Notes under the pieces: model-generated | What the model was told of the DNA's origin: nothing | Seen by the model: only the letters and a program-made list of their open reading frames with translations | Database searches by the model: none | Made by a program: the position numbers and the translations under genes | Part shown: positions 57,393 to 64,000 of the stretch, piece by piece | Layout: each line of letters starts with the position of its first letter | Numbering within the stretch: the first letter of the stretch is position 1 | DNA from: an uncultured Prolixibacteraceae bacterium | Lineage (GTDB): Bacteria > Bacteroidota > Bacteroidia > Bacteroidales > FEN-979 | DNA length: 64,000 nt | Assembly (NCBI GenBank): GCA_964429135.1 | Contig: CAYSAU010000010.1 | Coordinates: 5,642 to 69,641 of the forward strand | Direction: 5' to 3'

Positions 57393-59621
57393 TCAGGATT
57401 TTTTTATTTTCTCCGACGAAAGCAGGATCACCTCGCTGGTGGCAGGTAAAGCAAAATCAGGTTCGTTCTGATGCCCGTCGATGGCTGAAATGGCATCTTT
57501 AATGGCTAACCATACGGAGAGTCCGAGCATAAAAGGCGGCTCTCCGATGGCTTTGCTTTTCAGAATGGTACCAGGGTTTGGAACATGTTTCAATATTTCT
57601 ACCCTGAAATCTTTGGGAATGTCGTTAATGGTTGGGATCTTATAGGTATCGGGAGAATGGGTCAGTAAATTCCCTGTTTTATCCCATTTGATTTCTTCGG
57701 TGGTGCACCATCCTACACCCTGAACAAAACCACCCTGTATCTGTCCCAGGTCGATCGCTTCGTTGATGGAATCCCCCGCGTCCTGAACAATATCGGTACG
57801 CAGCAGACTGTACTGCCCGGTCAGGGTATCAATCATAACTTCTGATACTGCCATCCCGTAAGAGAAATAGAAGAATGGTTTTCCCTGTCCGCTTTCACGA
57901 TCGAAAAAAATACCCGGGGTCCTATAGTAACCTGTAGCGCTCAGGCTTATCTGGCTGAGATGAGCCAGTTTGCATAATTCATCAAAAGGGGTTGTGAGGG
58001 GGAGATTTTCTTTTTCAGATAGTTCTTTCAGCCTTGCTTTGATTTTTTCTATGGCATTTTTTACCGCCATGCCATTGATATCACTACCGGAAGATGCTGC
58101 AGTGGGAGAGGTGTTCGGCACCTTGGAGGTATTGGTGGCATTCACTTTGATTCGATCAGCAGAAATACCTAGTTCAATGGCTGCAATCTGTTGCATTTTA
58201 GTGTGTAGACCTTGCCCCATTTCCGTACCTCCATGATTGACGAGAACGCTTCCGTCTGTGTAAATATTTACCAGGGCTCCGGCTTGGTTAAGGAAGGATG
58301 AGGTAAAGGATATCCCGAATTTTACCGGCATCATAGCTAGGCCTTTTTTGCAGAATTCGTGTTTAGCGTTGAACTTTTCTATTCCTGCCCTGCGTTCAGA
58401 ATATCCGGATGATTTCATCAGCTTCTCATACATTAGGAACAATCGGTTGTTCTCTATTTCCTGGCCATAAGGAGTCAGGTTATTGTGCTCAGACTGGTAA
58501 AAATTCAGCAAACGGAGGTCTGTAGCATCTTTTCTCAGGAACCTGGCCATGCGGTCGATGGCATTTTCAATCACAGCCATACCCTGGGGGCCGCCGAATC
58601 CGCGAAAAGCAGTGTTTGATGGGAGATTGGTCCTCCAGGCTTGCCCTGTGATGCTGACGGAAGGGATGAAATAGGCATTATCGGCATGAAGCATTGCTCT
58701 TTCAAGGATGGCCCGGGAAAGATCCGTAGATGATCCGGCATCAGAATTTAATTCAACTTTGTAAGCCAGGATCAATCCCTTTTCATTAAAACCGATTTCA
58801 TAACGCGATAAAAACCGATGTCTTTTCCCGGTCATAATCTGATCATTATCACGGGAAAGGTGAATTTTTACCGGTCTTTGGGTGGCATTGGCCAGAAGAG
58901 AAGCCCAGGCAGCCACATGGTTTCCCTGGGTTTCTTTTCCCCCGAAGCCCCCTCCCAGGCGTTTTACTTCCACTTCCACTTCGTTTTTTGCGATACCCAG
59001 TACTTCTGCTACGATGGCCTGTGTTTCGGATGGATTCTGGCTGGAAGCAAACACCTTCATTTCCCTGCCTTCCCCGGGCATAGCCAGGGCGGTCTGGGTT
59101 TCCAGGTACCAGTGCTCTTGTGCTCCGGTTTTTAATTCTCCTCGGATCACATGAGGACAATTTTCCATGGCGGTTTCAGCGTTGCCTCTTTCAATTTTAC
59201 GGACCGGGGCGATCAGATTATTTTTAATAATGGCTGATTCAAGGTCTAAGATGGCCTCCAGGGGTTCATAGTCAATGAGGATAAGCTTTTCAGCTTTCAT
59301 CGCGGCTTCTTCATTTTCAGCGGCGATCAGGGCAATAGCCTGACCAATAAAAGTGGTTTCTGATTTTGCCAGACAGGGTTCGTCATGTATGATTGGTCCC
59401 ATCTGGTTTTCACCGGGGATGTCAGAAGCGGTAAGCACAGCATGAACACCTTGAACTTTCCGCGCTTCTGAAACATCAATCCGGAGAATTCCTGCATGGG
59501 CATGAGGACTGAATACGACTTTCCCCAGTAGCAATTGTTCATTCACCAGCATGTCGTCAATATAAACCGATTCGCCGGTTACATGCCGGATGGCGCTGTC
59601 ATGACGGAGTGGTATCGACAT
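57393..59621 (-). CDS. xdhB: Xanthine dehydrogenase molybdopterin-binding subunit
   Basis: 742 aa. HVTGESVYIDD, RLGGGFGGKETQ, FRGFGGPQG, GGTEMGQGLHTK and the KAIGEPPFMLG C-terminal blocks are typical of the XDH large subunit. The start overlaps the xdhA stop by 23 nt. Confidence 0.9.
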   Translation of the reverse strand: MSIPLRHDSAIRHVTGESVYIDDMLVNEQLLLGKVVFSPHAHAGILRIDVSEARKVQGVHAVLTASDIPGENQMGPIIHDEPCLAKSETTFIGQAIALIAAENEEAAMKAEKLILIDYEPLEAILDLESAIIKNNLIAPVRKIERGNAETAMENCPHVIRGELKTGAQEHWYLETQTALAMPGEGREMKVFASSQNPSETQAIVAEVLGIAKNEVEVEVKRLGGGFGGKETQGNHVAAWASLLANATQRPVKIHLSRDNDQIMTGKRHRFLSRYEIGFNEKGLILAYKVELNSDAGSSTDLSRAILERAMLHADNAYFIPSVSITGQAWRTNLPSNTAFRGFGGPQGMAVIENAIDRMARFLRKDATDLRLLNFYQSEHNNLTPYGQEIENNRLFLMYEKLMKSSGYSERRAGIEKFNAKHEFCKKGLAMMPVKFGISFTSSFLNQAGALVNIYTDGSVLVNHGGTEMGQGLHTKMQQIAAIELGISADRIKVNATNTSKVPNTSPTAASSGSDINGMAVKNAIEKIKARLKELSEKENLPLTTPFDELCKLAHLSQISLSATGYYRTPGIFFDRESGQGKPFFYFSYGMAVSEVMIDTLTGQYSLLRTDIVQDAGDSINEAIDLGQIQGGFVQGVGWCTTEEIKWDKTGNLLTHSPDTYKIPTINDIPKDFRVEILKHVPNPGTILKSKAIGEPPFMLGLSVWLAIKDAISAIDGHQNEPDFALPATSEVILLSSEKIKKS

Positions 59622-61053
59622 AAAATTTCAATAAAAGATTTTTCCCTACTTTCTTTCTGTACTCAGCTTCAGAACGGGCGTCGGAAATAGGATTAAATTC
59701 TTCTTCAATACAAGGCATAGCTTTTTCAACGTTAGACCTTGACCACTTCTTACCCCTAAGAAAACCTTCTGTCTTAACAGCACGTTTGGTCATGGCCGCC
59801 ATTCCGCCATAGGCTATAAAGATTTCGGAGATCAATCCGTTTATGAGGATAATCCTGAAAGCCCCGCTGACCGTTGATATGTCAAGATCTTTCCGCTTCG
59901 ACACCTTGTAGGATTTGATGAGGTCGTTAGGACCGGGCTTTGGAATGCGGATTTCTGTGATCAGTTCGTTATGGTTCAAATCAGTCTGACGGTAACCTGT
60001 AATGAAAGTCTCGATGGGTAATATTCTCTTGGATGAGGAGGAACGCAGCACCACGACTGCCTTAGATACAAATAACAGCGGAAGGAGGTCGCCGATGGGA
60101 GAGGCAGTACCCACATTTCCGCCGATGGTGGCCAGGTTCCTGATTTGCAGGGAGCCGAAAACCTTCAGCATGTCGTGCAATGCCGGAAGCTTCCCGGCAA
60201 CGTAATGTTTCAGTTGTTCCAATGACAGACCGGCGCCAATAACAAATTCGGATTTGTTTTCCTTCCAGGTTTTCAATCCCCCCACTGCCGACAGATCAAG
60301 GATCTCCTTCAGGATTTCTTTTTTCTTTGTTTGTCGCAATGCCACATCAGTAGAGCCATTGATCACTATTGCTTCCGGGAATTCATGTCGTAGCCTTAAG
60401 GCTTCTGATACGGAAAAAGGTTTATAATACGTCTGTACAGGGGTTCTGATCTCAATGGTTTCTTTGTTTTCATTAATGGAGCTTAATAAGGCAAGGGTTT
60501 CTTTTTCTTGGTCTGAAAAATGATCTTTCCCCTGATTTTTACAGGCTTTCTGAGCAGCTTCAAGGATAGTCTGATAACCTGTACAACGACAGAGATTCCC
60601 GGTCAGGGCATCTTCAATGATTTCCCTTGAAGGCTGATGATGGTTTTTGTACAGGCCAAACAGCGACATGATGATGCCGGGAGTACAGTAACCGCATTGG
60701 GTTCCACTCGTTTCTATCAGCATTTGCTGAACCGGATGAAGCATTTGCTTGCCCTTGAAAATTTTTGCCAGGTTTTCCACAGTAATCAATTGTTTGCCGT
60801 GGATCATGGGCAGGAAGACCAGGCAGGAATCCAGGGTTTTATAGACCAGCTCTCCATGGCTGTTCATCTCTGCTACAACGATGGTACAGGCTCCGCAATC
60901 TCCTTCGGCACAACCTTCTTTAACGCCTTTGTGAGAAGGGTAAGAACGAAGGTAATTCAGCACGGTGGTAGTGGGTCTCAGCTCAGAAGATTTGCGGAAA
61001 TCAATTTCCGTGATTTTATCATCAAGCACAAACTTAATCGTTTGCTGTACCAT
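59599..61053 (-). CDS. xdhA: Xanthine dehydrogenase small subunit (2x[2Fe-2S] + FAD-binding domain)
   Basis: CAEGDCGACTV and CGYCTPG...CRCTGY are Fe-S motifs. They are followed by a CO-dehydrogenase-flavoprotein-like FAD domain (NGSTDV, ATIGGNVGTASPIGD). Confidence 0.9.
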   Translation of the reverse strand: MVQQTIKFVLDDKITEIDFRKSSELRPTTTVLNYLRSYPSHKGVKEGCAEGDCGACTIVVAEMNSHGELVYKTLDSCLVFLPMIHGKQLITVENLAKIFKGKQMLHPVQQMLIETSGTQCGYCTPGIIMSLFGLYKNHHQPSREIIEDALTGNLCRCTGYQTILEAAQKACKNQGKDHFSDQEKETLALLSSINENKETIEIRTPVQTYYKPFSVSEALRLRHEFPEAIVINGSTDVALRQTKKKEILKEILDLSAVGGLKTWKENKSEFVIGAGLSLEQLKHYVAGKLPALHDMLKVFGSLQIRNLATIGGNVGTASPIGDLLPLLFVSKAVVVLRSSSSKRILPIETFITGYRQTDLNHNELITEIRIPKPGPNDLIKSYKVSKRKDLDISTVSGAFRIILINGLISEIFIAYGGMAAMTKRAVKTEGFLRGKKWSRSNVEKAMPCIEEEFNPISDARSEAEYRKKVGKNLLLKFYVDTTPS

Positions 61054-61058
61054 TATTC

Positions 61059-61835
61059 TTAACCGTTGTTATGTACCAATGTATTCCTGACATCGATCAG
61101 TCTGGCCAGAATACTGATGGCGATTTCCTGAGGGGTTTCTACCTTGAATTTGATTCCGATGGGCATGTCGATCTGATTAATTTCTTCAGGAGTAAGCAGT
61201 TCCTCTTTCAGAAAACGTCTGGTAGCAGTTTCAACTTTACGTTTACTGCCAAGCATTCCCAGATATGCATGGGGTTTACGGGCGACCCTGAGCAGAATCT
61301 CTTCGTCATAGGCATGTTTTGGCGTTACGATGACGATGTATGTATTCAGGTCGAAAATGATTTCTTCGATGGCCTGGAAATAATCATGGTTTAAACATTT
61401 GCAGTGCTGAAAGCATGGATCCTGAAATATAGTATCTCTCGGATCAATGACTGTTACCAAAAAATCAAGTTCTTTTGCAAAGCTGGATAATGCTTTCCCG
61501 ATATGGCCGGCTCCGAAAATGTATAATTTTTGAGTCGGATTGATGGGTTCGATATACACCTCCATAAACCCTCCGCAGTGCATGGTCAGGTCTTCTTCAA
61601 GCTGAAAGGAAATTTTTTCGGGTTTTCCGGAAATAATGATTTCTGATGCTTTTGACGCAACTTCTTTTTCAACAGTTCCCCCACCGATACTGCCAAAGAT
61701 TTTCCCATCTCCGTAAACGATCATTTTCGATCCTTCTTTTCTGGGAGTGGAACCCCGGGTTTCAATGATGATACAAAGCGCTGCAGGAATCTGTGCGTTG
61801 ATAATCTCTTCTATTTTTGACAATATCTTTTGCAT
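61059..61835 (-). CDS. xdhC: XdhC/CoxI family Moco-insertion accessory protein
   Basis: ETRGSTPRKEGSKM, GSIGGG, the Rossmann-like IFGAGHIGKAL, and the LGMLGSKRK block. Confidence 0.85.
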   Translation of the reverse strand: MQKILSKIEEIINAQIPAALCIIIETRGSTPRKEGSKMIVYGDGKIFGSIGGGTVEKEVASKASEIIISGKPEKISFQLEEDLTMHCGGFMEVYIEPINPTQKLYIFGAGHIGKALSSFAKELDFLVTVIDPRDTIFQDPCFQHCKCLNHDYFQAIEEIIFDLNTYIVIVTPKHAYDEEILLRVARKPHAYLGMLGSKRKVETATRRFLKEELLTPEEINQIDMPIGIKFKVETPQEIAISILARLIDVRNTLVHNNG

Positions 61836-61915
61836 GGTTGTTTGATGATAATGACCAAGGCTGAGTGTAAAATTACATAATAAAGTGAAATAGTAATAAA
61901 TTAGCAGGTTAAATC

Positions 61916-63655
61916 ATGTTCCTGATGCAGCATATTCCCTTTCCCCCGCTTCGGGCTATCTGGCTGAAAGCCGCCGTAGTGGGAAGTTTATGGGCATCAG
62001 TGGAGATCATCCTGGGCAGTTTTCTTCACAATCTGCGTATCCCATTCTCAGGTGCGATTTTATCTTTTTTCGGAGTTTACCTGATCATTTCATTTTTTCA
62101 AATCTGGAAAGAACGCGGGCTGATATGGAGAGCCGGTCTGATCTGTGCATTGATGAAATCCATTTCTCCCAGTGCCATCATCCTGGGGCCCATGTTCGGG
62201 ATCATGACGGAAGCTTTCCTCTTGGAGCTTTTTATTTTATTGTTTGGAAAAAATTTACTGGGATATATTGCCGGTGGAGCTTTTGCAGTGTTATCCACCC
62301 TGATGCAAAAAGTAATCAATCTATTGATTCTTTACGGATTGGACCTGGTACAGATTTTCAAAGGAATGTATGTTTTTTTTATCCGCCAGCTCAGGCTTTC
62401 CGATCCTCATCCGGTTTGCTTGCTTATTTTCATTGCTGCACTGTATTTATTGGCCGGGGTGATTGCAGCTGTTTTGGGTTACCGTTCAGGCAAACGTTAT
62501 CTCAGCCAACAGAAAACAGGAGAAACAACAAAAACAGTTTCCTTTCAAGCCGTAAGTTTGGTTAGATCAACCGGGAAACCAGGCACTTATTCCATCTATA
62601 GCCTTGTTTTCGCTATGTTTTCTATGAGCCTCTGTCTTCTTCTTCTCAATAACGATTGGATCATTCCTGCTCTGATAGTTGCCTCTTTTTTCCTGGGATT
62701 TAGCTTTTTTCGCTACGGAAGATCTTTAAAACGTCTGATGAAACTGGCTTTATGGCTGCAGTTTTTTCTGATTACTTTCCTGGCTTCGTTTTTATGGAAT
62801 AGTATCGCCGGAAATGCATTTTTCAGCATGGATGGTTTGATGGTGGGTCTGAAAATGATATTCAGAGCCATCCTTTTTATTACGGGCTTTTCTGTTATTA
62901 GTATTGAATTGAGAAATCCTTTGATCAAATCCATATTGTATAAAAAAGGATTTTCAAGTTTATATCAGTCCTTATCTCTTTCTTTTTCTGCATTACCGGG
63001 AATAATCTCATCCATGCCGGAATCAAAGGTCTTGCTGAAAAATCCTTTTCGGGCTTTTTCTGTTCTCTTACAGCAAGCGGAAGGTTTGCTGCAGCAGTTT
63101 GAAACAGACCATCGTATGAGGCCTTCTGTCATCATTATAACTGGTGACATTCAGCAGGGGAAGACGAGTTTTGTCAAGGTCATTATTCAGCACCTTCAGC
63201 AAAAGAAATACCGGATTTCGGGATTTTTAGCTTTGGCAGTGATGGAAGGTGAATATCGGTCTGGATTTGACCTGTATAATATTCAAACCTCAGAGATGAC
63301 AGGGTTGTGTACTTTAAAGCCGACTCATGGCTGGATAAAACAAGGTTCTTTTTATTTCAATCCGCTTGGATTACAAAAGGGAAATGAAATTTTGTCCGGT
63401 ATTATTTCCGATCATGCTCATTTAGTCGTGGTTGATGAAGTTGGTCCTTTAGAATTATCGAATCAGGGCTGGGCGAAAGCAATGGGTGATTTATGCCAGA
63501 CAACTCAGATTCCTCAACTTTGGGTGGTTAGGAAAAGCTTGGTGGATAAAGTCGCCAGAAACTGGAATGTCGGAGATGTATTTATTTTTGATATCGTGAA
63601 CGATACCAGTGAAGCGGTGATCAACAAACTGGAAGATCTTTTTCAATCAGTCTAA
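61916..63655 (+). CDS. Fusion protein: polytopic membrane domain (about aa 1-395) + C-terminal P-loop NTPase (THEP1/DUF2478-like)
   Basis: About 8-9 hydrophobic helices, then Walker A GDIQQGKT (nt 63143-63166) and Walker B LVVVDEVGPLE. Divergent from xdhC and convergent with the mocA-like gene, overlapping it. Confidence 0.7.
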   Translation: MFLMQHIPFPPLRAIWLKAAVVGSLWASVEIILGSFLHNLRIPFSGAILSFFGVYLIISFFQIWKERGLIWRAGLICALMKSISPSAIILGPMFGIMTEAFLLELFILLFGKNLLGYIAGGAFAVLSTLMQKVINLLILYGLDLVQIFKGMYVFFIRQLRLSDPHPVCLLIFIAALYLLAGVIAAVLGYRSGKRYLSQQKTGETTKTVSFQAVSLVRSTGKPGTYSIYSLVFAMFSMSLCLLLLNNDWIIPALIVASFFLGFSFFRYGRSLKRLMKLALWLQFFLITFLASFLWNSIAGNAFFSMDGLMVGLKMIFRAILFITGFSVISIELRNPLIKSILYKKGFSSLYQSLSLSFSALPGIISSMPESKVLLKNPFRAFSVLLQQAEGLLQQFETDHRMRPSVIIITGDIQQGKTSFVKVIIQHLQQKKYRISGFLALAVMEGEYRSGFDLYNIQTSEMTGLCTLKPTHGWIKQGSFYFNPLGLQKGNEILSGIISDHAHLVVVDEVGPLELSNQGWAKAMGDLCQTTQIPQLWVVRKSLVDKVARNWNVGDVFIFDIVNDTSEAVINKLEDLFQSV

Positions 63656-64000
63656 GGAAGTCCTCATAGTCCTCCGGGGTATTGATATTCCAATGAATTC
63701 TTTGATCGGGGAAGGGAACTTCTTTCCGGGGAAACATCTTTAATGCTTCCTTCAGATTGTTCATATTGTTTATTGACTGCAGATACTGACAGACTTTATC
63801 CCCCAGAAGGATGGGATGTCCTCCTTTCCCTTCATGCACGGGAACGACATATCCATCAGGTTGAAGGAATTCGGATAGTTTCCCCAGTAAGCCGGATTCA
63901 ACAAAAGGATTATCGACATTTTGCAGAAAACAGGCCCGGCCTGGTAAAATCTGTCTCAGGCCTAGTTGAATGGAATGATAACGACCGAGATCAGGCTGAG
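63621..64000 (-). CDS. MobA-like NTP transferase (MocA/YgfJ-type molybdenum cofactor cytidylyltransferase-like), C-terminal part; CDS continues beyond the window
   Basis: Manual translation upstream of the track ORF stays open to 64000: ...LGRYHSIQLGLRQILPGRACFLQNVDNPFVESGLLGKLSEFLQPDGYVVPVHEGKGGHPILLG... This fits the MobA/MocA pattern (D.P.v......L....vvP...G..GHP.l). The track's M is really an internal GTG (Val). Confidence 0.7.
   Translation of the reverse strand, partial: QPDLGRYHSIQLGLRQILPGRACFLQNVDNPFVESGLLGKLSEFLQPDGYVVPVHEGKGGHPILLGDKVCQYLQSINNMNNLKEALKMFPRKEVPFPDQRIHWNINTPEDYEDFLRLIEKDLPVC

Noticed and set aside
61990-62565. 191-aa alternative-frame ORF inside the membrane/NTPase gene
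   Set aside because: The 579-aa frame is continuous, strongly hydrophobic-helical and ends in a bona fide P-loop domain. The alternative frame is Arg/Ser/Pro-rich noise.

Overview
The window looks like a chromosomal segment from a member of the Bacteroidota. Supporting signs are TAnnTTTG-type -7 promoter boxes in front of several operons, a T9SS C-terminal sorting domain, a short-form glycogen synthase, and an atpD-atpC pair separate from the other atp genes. Positions 1-31 kb are mostly housekeeping: yceD-rpmF-plsX-fabH, ileS-dksA-lspA, atpDC, coaX-OMP-lptC-ppiD and tRNA-Phe. A few accessory genes sit among them, including a giant fused flavo-Fe-S oxidoreductase next to proline dehydrogenase, a T9SS-secreted endonuclease I, a GT22-like mannosyltransferase and an M16 protease. 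Positions 31-64 kb hold a large anaerobic purine-catabolism / selenium-dependent-type molybdenum hydroxylase supercluster. It contains guaD, ygfK, two PLP enzymes, a MOP/XdhD-like hydroxylase, ssnA, hyuA, ygeW, ygeY, xdhCAB and a mocA/ygfJ-like gene. Two inserts interrupt it. One is an MmeI-like single-chain restriction-modification gene. The other is a seven-gene, co-directional module of exported proteins with unknown function: a TPR-LuxR sensor, a pseudo-receiver, an OM channel, a linalool-dehydratase-like protein, a Gly/aromatic-rich lipoprotein and two paralogous lipoproteins. This module, together with a polytopic-membrane/P-loop NTPase fusion lying between xdhC and mocA, is my best candidate for undescribed biology. 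I recognised no CRISPR array, rRNA gene, transposase or integrase. All family assignments come from motif recognition and remembered reference sequences, not from database searches.
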